Positions 11,521 to 24,933 of a stretch of 64,000 nucleotides of DNA are shown piece by piece. A model generated the notes under the pieces. The model had not been told where the DNA came from. It made no database searches and saw nothing but the letters and a program-made list of their open reading frames with translations. Position 1 is the first letter of the stretch, and the number at the start of each line of letters is the position of its first letter. This DNA comes from Octopus vulgaris (lineage: Eukaryota): assembly GCA_951406725.2 (NCBI GenBank), contig OX597840.1, positions 13,702,001 to 13,766,000 of the forward strand, written 5' to 3'. The translations under genes and the position numbers were made by a program.

Positions 11521-12000
11521 TCTAATATAGGATAAAATTTTTTGAAAAAAATTTTATCAATGGCCAGCATATTAAAAAATACCTTTAAAGGTTAAATTTA
11601 TAAACAATTTATAAACAAGGGCAAAAGAAAAAAATTCTAATGCCAAATATGCCGAAAATAGACAAATTGTCAATAGACAGAAATTTCTAAAAAATATCTA
11701 TTTTGGATATATTTGGGGTACTTAAGTCTGCTCATGACTTGGTGCTTGCTTCTTCCGTGGTTATGAGTAAGTATTTCATTTATGTCTTATGTATTTATCA
11801 CTGATGAGGAGAAAATTCTTATGAATTAACTCTGAAATTGGAACAAATATGATAATAACGCAATTTTTAGAAATTCCTGTCGGCTTACTTCGAGACGCGT
11901 ATTTGTAGTGATAAATTGTATGGTTATTGACAATTTGTCTATTTTTGGCATATTTAGCATTAGAATTTTTTTTCTTTTGCCCTTGTTTATAAGTTGCTTA
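11521..12000. mobile_element. TA-flanked element with a partial inverted repeat and degenerate HHR (11794-11915)
   Basis: ~11605-11675 is the reverse complement of ~11925-11995; TTTATCA-CTGATGA-GGAG ... CTTC-GAGAC..GTA-GTGATAAA. Confidence 0.6.
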
Positions 12001-12464
12001 TGTTATATATTATTTATTATCCAATTGAATGTGAGACACACATATATACACACACATATATGAAGGTTTTCTTTCAGTTTCCGGCTACCAAATCCACTCA
12101 CAAGGCTTTGGTTGGCCCGAGGCTATAGTAGAAGACACTTGCCCAAGGTGCCACACAGTGGTACTGAACCCAAAACCATGTGGTTGGGAAGCAAGCTTCT
12201 TACCACACAACCATGCCTGCACCTGTTACCACACAGCCACAAAGAATTTTTAAAAATCCATTCAGTATGTGCTTACATTTTAAATAATATTTTTGTTTAA
12301 AAAATTAACTGTAAATGACACGTGTCAACTGATGCTGAAACAGAGGTGTTAATGAAAAAGCATCTGAAAGAAACCATGAAAATGTGTAAGATGAATACTT
12401 TGAAATACAAGTCAGGATATCAATAATTACAAAGCAATATTAATCATGATCATCATCATCAGCC

Positions 12465-12640
12465 AGTGTTTTAAATCCATATTTTGTCTCCATTGACAGG
12501 GGTTGCCAGATTTACATCAATGCCATAGCAACTGAGGTAGGCAGGTGCAGCCCACCCCAACCTTTGGGCTGGCTGGTGCTTATTCTCCTTTGCTATCATG
12601 AGGCTTTTTTGAAGCTGAATTTTCTACAGAGAGCATGTCC
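12465..12640. mobile_element. Unclassified interspersed repeat (second copy at ~14545-14700)
   Basis: Both copies share ACAGGGGTTGCC.GAT.TAC.TCAATGCCATAGCAAC.GAGGTAGGCA..AACCTTTGGGCTGGCTGGT. Confidence 0.6.
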
Positions 12641-12650
12641 TCTGTATGTG

Positions 12651-12715
<65 letters not shown>

Positions 12716-12796
12716 TATTTTTTTCTCTAGTTTCAGCTCAGAGCTGCGACCATGCTGATGCACCGCCGGAATCCTAACCACTATATATGTATATAT

Positions 12797-12829
<33 letters not shown>

Positions 12830-13040
12830 GTTTAACGTCCGCTCTCCATGCTAGCATGGGGTGGACAGTTCAACTGGGGTCTGGGAAGCCAGAAGGCTGC
12901 ACCAGGCCCAGTCTGATCTGGCAGTGTTTCTACAGCTGGATGCCCTTCCTAACGCCAACCACTCCGTGAGTGTAGTGGGTGCTTTTTACGTGCCAGACAA
13001 GGCTGGCAAATGGCCATGATCGGATGGGGCTTTTTACGTG

Positions 13041-13042
<2 letters not shown>
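12797..13042 (-). mobile_element. RTE LINE 3'UTR fragment
   Basis: (CAT)n then CGTTTAACGTCCGC..CCATGCTAGCATGGG; same terminus at 20605, 27945, 30370, 40843 and 46985. Confidence 0.8.
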
Positions 13043-13083
<41 letters not shown>

Positions 13084-13104
13084 ATATGTATATATATATA
13101 TATA

Positions 13105-14454
13105 TGGACACACCCATACATACTTACATACATACACCTATACACACACACCTACACACCTACATACACACACATGCATACACACACACACATGTACACA
13201 CATACACACACATATACGCACATACATATATACCCACACACATGCACACACACACACATACGCACATGCATGCATGCATGCACACGCACACACCTACACG
13301 CATACACACACACACACGCACGTACACATACATACATACACACACGCATACATACACCCATACACATACATGCATCCTACACACACATACATACACACTC
13401 ACACATACATACACACACACACACTCACTCACACACCTGTATGTACGCGCACACACATGCACATACACACACTTCCCCACACCCACACGTACATACATAC
13501 ACACTCATACACATACACACACACACACACACGGACATACATCTATGCACACACATATATACACACATACTCACATACATTCATCGGACACACTGCCACC
13601 CAGACATACACACAGACATACTCACACATCCACACACATACATACTTACGCGCATACTCGCAGGCGCGCACACGCACTCGCTTGCGCCGGTTCGCACACG
13701 CATACGCGCCGCATGCACCTCGCCCTTGGACCCGACGAGACCTCCCGCTCGTTCCTGGGACCGTCGCTTGTCGTTGGGTTTTCCCACGCCCGTCTCCGCG
13801 GGACCACTCTTCCATCTTCCCCTCAGCTGGAGTCCTTTTTCCTTAACCCCCCCCTTTTTTGTTACACACACGCGCACACATATACACACATTGCTTAAAT
13901 ATATACATTACTCTTACACACATTCAATCTACTCGCCATTAATAGTACCCCTTCCCCCACCCCTTCCCCTCCCTCCCTTCCTCCTTCCTTCTTTTTCTTA
14001 CTACTGACCATTGTCTGCTATGCCGACCACTGTCTCGCCCTACCTCACACGTCTACACACAGACGCACACACTAACACATACATATATTTTTTGTTTTTT
14101 TATCTCGCCTCACACACACACATACACACACGCACACGCACACACTCACACATACACACACATCTGTTGCATTACCAACCTTGTCTCCACTCTTTTGCCT
14201 TTAAAAACCTACTGCTCTTGTTATCGTAAACTTCCGCCTTTCACCATGTGTAACTCGTAAACACCAGTCGTTTTTTTCTCTATCCCTGTTGCCCGCTTTG
14301 GGATCTTTCTTTCCTCTCTCTTCCTTCTTTATGTTTCCGACGAAGAGCTCCGCTCGAAACGTCATACCTTCCTGCTTCCATTTCCTGAGCGCCTATTAAT
14401 AATAATACTGTAATTGTTCCATTGTTGTTGTTTTTTTGTTTTCCCGTTTGCATT

Positions 14455-14460
<6 letters not shown>
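13105..14460 (+). mobile_element. CA-rich and CpG-rich retroelement terminal region ending in an HHR-like motif (14338-14366) and (TA)n
   Basis: Degenerate (CA) repeat at 13105-13650, CpG-rich block at 13650-13810, CCGACGA-A-GAGC tcc GCTC-GAAA-CG-TC; the downstream TTCCTGAGC....TAATA motif is shared with the 7415 and 32185 elements. Confidence 0.55.
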
Positions 14461-14493
<33 letters not shown>

Positions 14494-15301
14494 AGTGAGT
14501 GTGTATATATATATATATATATTCAGCAGCAGCAGCTTCATCCTGTGCTTTAAATCCTGGTTTTGTCCCCATTAACAGGGGTTGCCGGATCTACCTCAAT
14601 GCCATAGCAACCGAGGTAGGCAACCTTTGGGCTGGCTGGTACCCATTCTTTACTATCATGAGGCTCTTTTGGAGCTGCATTTTCTACAGGAAGCATGCCC
14701 TTGCTTAGCCCTGACCTCAGTTTCTAGACATGAGTGGTCCTGAGACCAAGGCTTCTACCAAGATTTTTAGCTCAAGAAGGCAGGGATGCTACTTCCTGAG
14801 ACCGCTTTCAGAGCCCCCACTATACATTAATATAGATCAAAAATATATACTAAAATATTTTTTACATGTTTGGGTTACATTAGTAAAACGTATGTAAACT
14901 ACATTTTGTTACTTAAAGCAATTTAGTATATGCTGAATCAAGGTTATTCTCATCAATATTTTAACAATTTTGCAACCAGGCAGGGAGTCTTCGCATCTTG
15001 AACAAATGTCTTCTGCTATGGTGTTAGGTTCATGGAAGCCTTGCAAATGAAAGTTGATAGATGTGAATTTGTGAAAGCCTGATGTGTGTGTGTGTGTGTG
15101 TCCATGTCTATGTTATTGTTTACACTTCTTAACAACTGATGTGGTTTAACTTCAGGTTTAAACAAACAGTGACTGATTAAATAAATACGACTGAAATCAG
15201 TGTTAGGATTGACATAACCAACCAAAAAAAAAAAACCCTCGAAGGTGGTGCCATAGCATTGCCTGCAGCCATCGATTGAAGACAGCAAAAAATAAAAAAA
15301 C

Positions 15302-15362
<61 letters not shown>

Positions 15363-15367
15363 TATAC

Positions 15368-15569
15368 TCTTTACTCTTTTATTTGTTTCAGTCACTTGAC
15401 TGTGGCCATGCTGGACCACCACCTTTAATTGAGCAGATCGACCTCAGGACTTATTCTTTGTAAGCCTAGTATCGGTTTCTTTTGTCGAACCGCTAAGTTA
15501 CGGGGACGTAAATAAATACACCAGCATTGGTTGTCAAGCGATGTTGTGGGGACAAACACAGACACACAA

Positions 15570-15606
<37 letters not shown>

Positions 15607-15780
15607 CATATATACGACAGGCTTATTTCAATTTCTGTCCACCAAATCCACTCACAAGGCTTTGGTCAGCCCGAGGCTATAGTATAAGACACTTGCCCCA
15701 AGGTACCACGCAGTGGGACTGAACCCAGAACCATGTGGTTTGTAAGCAAGCTACTTACCACGCAGCCATTCTACACCTAT
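15368..15780 (-). mobile_element. SINE family A
   Basis: Full-length match to the family pattern on the minus strand. Confidence 0.85.
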
Positions 15781-15828
15781 ATATATATATATATGTATAC
15801 ACACAGATATATACATATATATATATGT

Positions 15829-15923
<95 letters not shown>

Positions 15924-16331
15924 ATGGAAATGTCAATTTCCACTGTTCTACACATGGCGTTAGATACATTTCCCCTTCCTACTCATTAATCAAAACCAAT
16001 ATTATCAGCAAAGTTCTTTCTGTCTTTGATTTGGTCTTTTTCCTTTCTTCCCTTTGCCAAAATGACTTTTATGTACTCAGTCTTAGAACAGCACCAATCT
16101 CCTCAAATTCCTGTAATTATATTCATCTACGAAGAAAAAAAAAATCCCTTCTTGGCTCAAATACTAAACATAGACTGGTGTGTGAATGTAATGGGTAACC
16201 TTTAAACCAGACCATTAGTTGATCAAATAAAGATCTTTTATTTGAAGCTCTACAGTCGAAAAGTCATGTATGTAAGTAATTTTCTGTGTGTGCATGTGTG
16301 TATATATATCATGTTTGTATGTGTGGGAGTA

Positions 16332-16371
<40 letters not shown>

Positions 16372-16764
16372 TGTGTGTGTGTGGACGATGTAGCATGTTT
16401 CGGCATGTATGCTTTTGTGTGTGAATGTTTGTATTTGCTTGTTCGAGTGTGTGTGTTTGAATCTATGTGCATCTGTGTGTGTGTGTCTGTGTGTGTTTCT
16501 TTGCGTATGTATATGTATGTGTTTCTGTAAGCAAGTATATTTGCATATGAGTAAGGTCATTGGTCCATTTTAGCCATCACGGGCTTGGCATGATAGAGCG
16601 CATGTATATGTGTGTTTACATGTGTTAACTTTTGTTACCATGGTTACAGTAAATGTGGTCTAATGTCAGTAATTTACAGATGGAATATAAAGGCATTCAC
16701 ATGCACACAAACATACCTATACATGCATACACACATATACATGCCCGTGCATACACACACACAC

Positions 16765-17370
16765 CTTTTATTCATTTCAGTCATTTGAATGGAGTCATGC
16801 TGGAGCACTGCCTTTTTAGTAGAAGAAATCGACCCCAGGACTTAATCTTTGTAAGCCTAGTACTTATTCTATTGGTCTCTTATGCTGAATTGCTAAGTTA
16901 CAGGGATGTAAACACACCAACATTGGTTGTCAAGTAATGGGGTGGGGGGACAAATCACAGACACAGAAACACACACAAATATATCCATAGGCATAGGAGT
17001 GGCTGTTAGGTAAGTAGCTTGCTTACCAACAACATGGTTCCGGGTTCATTCCCACTGCGGTTTGGCAAAAGAGACCGATAGAATAAGTATTAGGCTTACA
17101 AAGAATAAGTCCTGGGGTCGATTTGCTCGACTAAAGGTGGTGCTCCAGCATGGCCACAGTCAAATGACTGAAACAAGTAAAAGAGTAAAATAGTAATATA
17201 TATATATATATGACAAGCTTCTTTTCAGTTTCCATCTACCAAAACACCCACAACGCTTTGGTTGGCCTGTGGCTATAGCAGATGTCACTTGCCCAAGCTG
17301 CCACACAGTGGGACTGAAACCAGAACCATATGGCTGAGAAGCAAGCTTCTTACCACACAGCCACTCTTGT
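16765..17370 (-). mobile_element. SINE family A (minus) with an internally deleted plus-strand copy nested at ~16988-17190
   Basis: 3' half at 16765-16975 and 5' half at 17210-17370, with an opposite-orientation copy between them. Confidence 0.75.
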
Positions 17371-17654
17371 GCTTATATATATGTTTTTTTTTGTCTTTTG
17401 GACAGGAGAGAAGGGGCAGTGCCCATGACACTTTAAAGGGCTTTCAAGACAGCTGGGTAGAAGGGAAGAAGTTAACATCCATTTCTCATGCTATTATGTG
17501 TTGGACAGAAAGTTATTTGCAACAGGACTTTACGCAGCTGGATGCTCTTCCTGTAACTAACCATTAAGAGGGAGACTAGTCTTAATATCAATATCTTCAC
17601 TGTTTTTCTCAGTCGCTCTCAAGGACAGAATCTGAACACCACACACATTTGCAC

Positions 17655-18070
17655 AAACACAGACACACAAACACACATATACATATATATATACATATAC
17701 ATGACGGGCTTCTTTCAGTTTCCGTCTACCAAATCCACTCACAAGTCTTTGGCGGCCCGAGGCTATAGTAGAAGACACTTGCCCAAGGTGCCACACAGTG
17801 GGACTGAACCCGGAACCATGTGGTTGGTAAGCAAGCTACTTACCTATTTCTTTACTACCCACAAGGGGCTAAACATAGAGGGGACAAACAAGGACAGACA
17901 TAGGTATTAAGTCGATTATATCGACCCCAGTGCGTAACTGGTACTTAATTTATCGACCCCGAAAGGATGAAAGGTAAAGTCGACCTCGGCGGAATTTGAA
18001 CTCACAACGTAACGGCAGACGAAATACCGCGAAGCATTTCGCCCGATCTGCTAACGATTCTGCCAGCTAC
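17655..18070 (-). mobile_element. SINE A 5' half (17655-17842) interrupted by SINE B (17843-18068)
   Basis: Both family patterns are recognisable. Confidence 0.8.
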
Positions 18071-18937
18071 TCACCACTCCTGCATTTATATTTTCATTTA
18101 TATTGTTTGGGAAAAAGTTAATTTCACTAACTTTCTTCCTATGTTCCATGTCTGTTGCTTGATGGTAAAATGACTTAATCCTGGTTGCAGATCGTCTCAG
18201 TATGATTTCAGTCTTTTCATATATCCAACTGCAGAGTTTTGTTTCACCTTTTGAAAGCAGTTAAACCAATTAGCATTCAGTTCAGAGCTCCAAGGAAAAC
18301 GTCTTTTGTACTTATGGTTTCTTCTGTGACTACAGCTAGAAACAATCTGTTTACCTGCTGAGATGTTGTTTTCCTTCTCTTTCTCAGTTGTGTTGTTGTT
18401 GTTGCTGCGTCCAGCTATGTTGTTTGCAGTAAATCACTGCATGGCAAATTCAAGTTTCAGTCAATAATCACTACGATCATGAATAAAGGGCTCCCTCAGT
18501 TAATTCATCTGAAGATTAACCAGTTATTTAAGAGGCCTGGTAGTTGTGGATTCAAAGTTGGAGATAAGCATTCATTGCATCTTCAATAAATAGTCTCCCC
18601 TGCCAAATATGCGACTTGGCACTTCAAGTGTGTGATTGATGTATCAATCACATACATCTATATATAGACATACATGCGTACATACGTACATATGTATGTA
18701 GCTCTCTTTTACTTGTTTCAGTCATTTGACTGTGGCCATGCTGGAGCACCACCTTTAGTCAAGCAAATCGACCCCAGGACTTATTCTTTATAAGCCTAGT
18801 ACTTATTCTATCAGTCTCTTTTGCCGAACTGCTAAGTTATGGGGATGTAAACACACCAGCATCGATTGTCAAGCGATGTTGAGGGGGAAAAACACAGACA
18901 CACAAATATATACACACACATACATCTATATATAAAC

Positions 18938-18994
<57 letters not shown>

Positions 18995-19250
18995 ATAATA
19001 ATTTATGTTTCAATGTATGTATATATATATGTATATGATGTATGGTATATCTACTTGGACCTATTGTTTAATTGTGTTTATTTAAGTATTTTACACATGT
19101 AAATAGTATATACACTTTGCTTATGTATGTATATGTGTGTATATATGTATATGTATATGTCTATATGTATATTTGTTCATATTTTTTAATATATATTATA
19201 TAATACGTGTATCATGTTTATTGTACTAATATTAATATTTTTAAAGTTCC

Positions 19251-19392
19251 TTATAACCTCTGATGAGGCCTATGGTTATGTATATAAGTACCCTATTTTT
19301 AAATGCCTACAACCTCATTATGTTGACAACTATAGGCAATAAAAATAAAATTAACTACTTTTAGCCATAGGCTGAAACAGCTGTAAGAAGTG
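19251..19392 (+). ncRNA. Hammerhead ribozyme-like motif with an extended stem II
   Basis: CTGATGA (19260), GGCCTATGGTTA ... TAGCCATAGGCT, GAAA, CAGCTG, TA; palindromic stem III; stem I only weakly paired. Confidence 0.7.
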
Positions 19393-19479
19393 ATTTTAAT
19401 GATTTCAATCATTTATATTATGACTTTTATAATTTGTATTCTTATCTTATATGTATTGAATTATAAGATATATATGTAT

Positions 19480-19560
19480 GCTACATCAACCCTAACATCT
19501 GGCCACTTAACTCCCCGGACTTGATTGTTATGTGTGGGGCATGGTTGAGCGAGAGACTAG
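19480..19560 (+). mobile_element. Tc1/mariner-superfamily transposase fragment
   Basis: Encodes WPLNSPDL and, after a frameshift, YVWGMVERET. Confidence 0.55.
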
Positions 19561-19619
19561 AATGTTAAAACTTAGTACACATACACAGCAGAGTTCAAAG
19601 TCAATCTATGCCAAGCAGC

Positions 19620-20050
19620 TTTACTCTCTCTTTTTACTCTTTTACTCTTTTACATGTTTCAGTCATTTGACTGCGGCCATGCTGGAGCACCACCTTTAGT
19701 CGAGCACTCGACCCCGGGATTTATTCTTTGTAAGCCCAGTACTTATTCTATCGGTCTCTTTTGCTGAACCGCTAAGTGACGGGGACGTAAACACACCAGC
19801 ATCGGTTGTCAAGCAATGCTAGGGGTACAAACACAGACACACAAACACATACACATACATACATATACATATATATACATATATATGACAGGCTTCTTTC
19901 AGTTTCCGTCTACCAAATCCACTCACAAGGCATTGGTCGGCCCAGGGCTATAGCAGAAGACACTTGCCCAAGATGCCACGCAGTGGGACTGAACCCGGAA
20001 CCATGTGGTTTGTAAGCAAGCTACTTACCACACAGCCACTCCTACGCCTA
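19620..20050 (-). mobile_element. SINE family A, full length
   Basis: Head and tail both present. Confidence 0.9.
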
Positions 20051-20117
20051 CTCTGTGTACTTTAGCTTCATTACTATGGCAACAGTCCGGATACTTATTG
20101 ATCAGACCATGTATTTA

Positions 20118-20169
<52 letters not shown>

Positions 20170-20964
20170 AGTGATTGTGCCCGTGCTAGCAAGCTTGTTA
20201 TATATAATTTTTTATATCTTAAACAAGTACCTACAATGTTTGATATCATTTAGATTACAATGTTTTTTTTATTGATTTACGATTTGTTTGTAGATTTTAG
20301 GTTAATTTTCAGCACAATCATAACAACTCATTTCTATATTCAACTCTTCAACATTAATTGAAGTAGACAGCAGTAAGTAACTGACTAATTATCCATGAAA
20401 CAAAAGGAAATGGTTGTGGAATTGAGTTTGTTAAACTCTAGCTTAACGTTTAAAGTACATCATTTAAGGAAAACTAAATGTGATGTAACTGCTGATGCGA
20501 TCACTTTTGCTATAAAATACATCACAGTTCCAGCTGTACTGATGCTTATATCGTAGCTCTTTTCCTATATTGGAAAATTTTTGTTGATTCAAGATGATGA
20601 TGATGATCATCATCATCATCATACTCATCATCATCGTCATTTAGTGTCCATTTTCTATGCTAAGATGGTTTGACCAGAACTGGTAAGCTACAGAGCTGCA
20701 CCAGGCTTCGGTCTGTTTTGGCTTGGTTTCTGCAACTGGATGCTCTTCCTAACGCCAACAACTCCAAGAGTGTAATGAGTGCCTTTGACATATCACTGGC
20801 ACGCGTGCCTATTATGTGCCATCAGCATGAGTGCCTTTTACGTGACACTGGCATGGGTGTCTTCTATGTCTCATCAGGCACAAGTGCTTTTTGTGTGCCT
20901 TTTACAAATTACTGACATTGATTCCCCTGACAGATCACTAACACTGGCCACAACTATGAATTCA

Positions 20965-21355
20965 CTCATTGTGAATTCTATGATTCTCTTCAAACAGCAA
21001 AGCTTCCTTTCCGAGGGCCCAGGTTGGCTGGGATGAGAATCTGTTGATTCTCTTCCTTGGCTTTTGAATTGCACTATAATTCTATTAACAGTAGCAAGAG
21101 GAATTTGAAGATTTTTCGCTGGCTAAGACCAGCCTCAGATTGCCCGACAATATGACCTCTTTGAAAATCTGAAAGTTCTGCTGAATTTTTTGTGTGTGAC
21201 ATGGTTACTCTTCACAAATGCTTAATATAATAGCACCTGGAAGGAAAAAGAATAATTACATTGTAAATTCTACACAGCTAAAATCGTATAAAGATGCTTA
21301 GATCAGAAATTTTGAAAATTGAAGGTGTCTATTTACTTCCTGTACAACTGTGTAC
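20965..21355 (-). mobile_element. Tc1-like transposon 5' end with N-terminal HTH remnant
   Basis: Minus strand reads [48 protein letters not shown]; terminus TACACAGTTGTACAGGAAGTAAATAGACACC. Confidence 0.75.
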
Positions 21356-22216
21356 ACTCTGTTGATGAGGTTTAACAAAGTGAAACATGTTTGTTATTGT
21401 CTCTCTTGCCTGTAAACAAAGATCAGACTTCCTTTCCTATAAATATTTAAATGAACTCTGAGAGATGAATCCTTAATTTCTAGAAATTAGCTCTTTTTTT
21501 TTATATATGACAGTTGATAACAATAGCTGCAGGGTTTCTGGCTTGTTTCTCCAACTAAGAGGCAAATTTCAATCAAGAATTTTTTTGCATACATCATTCA
21601 CTGCATCACTACTTAAATTATTCAACCAAATTCATGCCATTGGTTCATTTGAGTTATTTTCCTTTGCTCATTTTACCAAGTGTCAGACAGTTCAAATATT
21701 ACACTTAGCTTTTCACTTTTTCAGTCAATAAATAAAGTACCAGTTATGTACTGGAGTTGATTCTTCACTTTCCTTTTTGTCTGTTTGTCTCTCTCTACTC
21801 AAAGAAATCAGCAATGGTCAAATAGAAAGAGGCATGATCTCTGCCAGGCCTAAAAGAGAATTCCTAAGATATGCTGTATATGAAGATGACACTCTAAGAT
21901 ATGTCGTATATCAAGAAGGTGGCAAGTTGGCAGAAACATTAGAACGTCGGGCGAAATGCTTAGTGGTATTTCATCTGATGTTACATTCTGAGTTCAAATT
22001 CTGCCGAGGTTGACTTTGCCTTTCATCCTTTCGGAGTGGTTGGCATTAGGAAGGGCGTCCAACCGTAGAAACTCTGCCAGAACAAGATTGGAGCCTGGTG
22101 CAGCCATCTAGTTTGCCAGTCCTCAGTCAAATCGTCCAACTCATGCTAGCATGGAAAGCAGACGTTAAACAGTGACAATGATGATGATGATGATGTATAT
22201 ATACATACATGTATAT

Positions 22217-22437
22217 ACTCTTTTACTCTTTTTTTACTCTTTTACTTGTTTCAGTCATTTGACTGCGGCCATGCTGGAGCACCGCCTTTAGTTGAGCAAA
22301 TCGACCCCGGGACTTATTCTTTGTAAGCCCAGTACTTATTCTATCAGTCTCTTTTGCCGAACCGCTAAGTGACGGGGACGTAAACACACCAGCATCGGTT
22401 GTCAAGCAATGCTAGGGGGACAAACACAGACACACAA

Positions 22438-22472
<35 letters not shown>

Positions 22473-22642
22473 CATATATACGACAGGCTTCTTTCAGTTT
22501 CCGTCTACCAAATCCACTCACAAGGCATTGGTCGGCCTGAGGCTGTAGAAGAAGACACTTGCCCAAGATGCCATGCAGTGAGACTGAACCCGGAACCATG
22601 TGGTTGTTTAGCAAGCTACTTACCACACAGCCACTCCTGCGC
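22217..22642 (-). mobile_element. SINE family A, full length
   Basis: Head and tail both present. Confidence 0.9.
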
Positions 22643-23373
22643 ATATATATATATATATATATCATCATCATCATCATCATCATCGTTTAACGTCCGTTTT
22701 CCGCGCTAGCACGGGTTGTGTGTGTGTGTGTTGTACACCTGCTGACATTAACTCTTGTAATATATAATATCTCCAATTGATATCAGAATTGTTTAGTATT
22801 ACAAATCAAGTATTAACCGATTTTCATTGACATTTAATCAATAAATTTTTCAGTCAAACAGTTTGTTTTACATATGTATTTTATATCTTTTTCCTTTTTT
22901 TTTAGTCATATTTTATTTTCAAAATCATCATCATAACCATCATGCCATTATCGTCACTACCATCTCCCACCCCCATGGCCATCTCCTTCATTGTGTTGTC
23001 ACAGTTGCCACCACCACCATCACTGCAGCAATTACATTCAATCATCATCATCATCATCAACAATGATGACAACTGCTCTCAAATGAAGCGCAACTGAGCT
23101 CACACTTGTATTTATTATTATAAATAGTTACGGCTGGTTCCATTCCATTACTCTGGAGCAGAGCAGTGACTTTCAAATGGTGTCTTCTGTGACACTACGT
23201 CAATATGAGTAAACATTGAAAGTTCTGGAATAATTCAACAGTTTACACTGTTTGAAAATTCCTTTCACTGGTTTGGAACTGTACTGGAGTGTAACAAACT
23301 ATAACAACTGACAATAAATACAAACATTACCTGAAGGTATTGAGTACTTTGTTTATGATATTTGTTTTCAATA

Positions 23374-23780
23374 CAGGCACAGGAGTGGCTGTGTGGTAAG
23401 TAGCTTGCTTACTTACCAACCACATGGTTCCGGGTTCAGTCCCACTGCGTGGCACCTTGGGCAAGTGTCTTCAACTATAGCCTCAGGCAGACCAAAGCCT
23501 TGTGAGTGGATTTGGTAAATGGAAACTGAAAGAAGCCCGTCGTATATATATGTATGGGTGAGTATATGTTTGTGTGTCTGTGTTTGTCCCCCCCCAACAT
23601 CGCTTGACAACTGATGCTGGTGTGTTTACATCCCCGTAACTTAGTGGTTTGGCAAAAGAGACCGATAGAATAAGTAATAATTCTTACAAAGAATAAGTCC
23701 TGGGGTCGATTTGCTCGACTAAAGGCGGTGCTCCAGCATGGCCACAGTCAAATGACTGAAACGACTAAAAGACTAAAAGA
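23374..23780 (+). mobile_element. SINE family A, full length
   Basis: Head and tail both present. Confidence 0.9.
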
Positions 23781-24274
23781 TTAATACTGTTCTACGTAAG
23801 ATATAAAGTATATCAACTGGTGAAGTTTCAGATTGGGGTTTCAAGTGTTTTAGGGAGTAGGGTATTACTCCTTAGTCACCTGTATCACCAGGTTTGTTCT
23901 TGCCTAGAGTGGTAGTATTGTCCAGGGCCTCTGTTATGGGCCAAATAACAGAAGATGACCCTATAGCTTTGATATATAGGACCCAGAGGTAGGCTGGTTC
24001 CTTAGTCATGTGTTATGCTGGCTAAATGATGTGTGGACATACCTTGATGTCACATGAACGAATGTTACCACCTCACAGTTTAAATAGGTCCTGTGCCTCA
24101 AATGTAAGCTTGGGACAGCAAAGAACTAGCAAAGTCAACTTTAAATATACTGGCAGAAGACAGAAGTCCGGTGCAGACTTCTACCCAGCTGGCTCTTGTG
24201 AAACTGCGCCACCCATGCCAGCATGGAAGGCGGACGTTAAATGATGATGATGATGGTGAAACATATATATATAT

Positions 24275-24555
24275 ATGCCACACCCTAGAGGTTGAGAGAA
24301 CTTGTGGAAGAGGTAGACCCAGGAAGACTTGGGATGAGATGGGGAAGCACGACCTTCAAATATTAGGCCTCACCAAGGCAATGACTTGTGACCGAGAACT
24401 TTGGAAATATGCTGTGCTTGAGAAGACCCGGCAAGCCAAGTGAGACCATAACCTCATGGCCTATGCCAGGGGTGTAAACAGCTCACTTATGGGTACCTTT
24501 CCTTCATTGGACACTAAACTCTGCTTGTGAAGACCTGTTGAGGCAAGTGAAATAA
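24275..24555 (+). mobile_element. RTE LINE ORF C-terminus fragment
   Basis: TCGRGRPRKTWDEMGKHDL..YAVLEKTRQAK*. Confidence 0.8.
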
Positions 24556-24933
24556 AAACCATAGTTTCCCAAAAATCATGAATGTTGAAACTTTATGCGA
24601 TACAAGTAGTGAGATGCAAATGGAACCTCCAATGGATTTGAATATACAATATCAAAGAAATATTTAATATTCAAATATTATTCATAAAATTATGCTACGA
24701 CTATTAATTCATGAGTCACAAGTGACTCCTGACATCATCAGGTGAACATTGAAATAATGCGAGTTTCAAGAAAACAACAGCATCCAAAGGCATTTGAATG
24801 GAAAGATGAGAGAAAATAGAAAGGAAGGCAATAAGTCCATATGGCCTTGCAAACTGCAATGAGAGAGGAGAGAATCGGATAGAATGAGCCAAAAATAGCA
24901 AATTGACAATTGGTAACACCTGATCTGAAATGC

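Noticed and set aside
12979-14007. 342-aa His/Thr-rich ORF and overlapping ORFs
   Set aside because: Translation of degenerate (CA)n, open in several frames.
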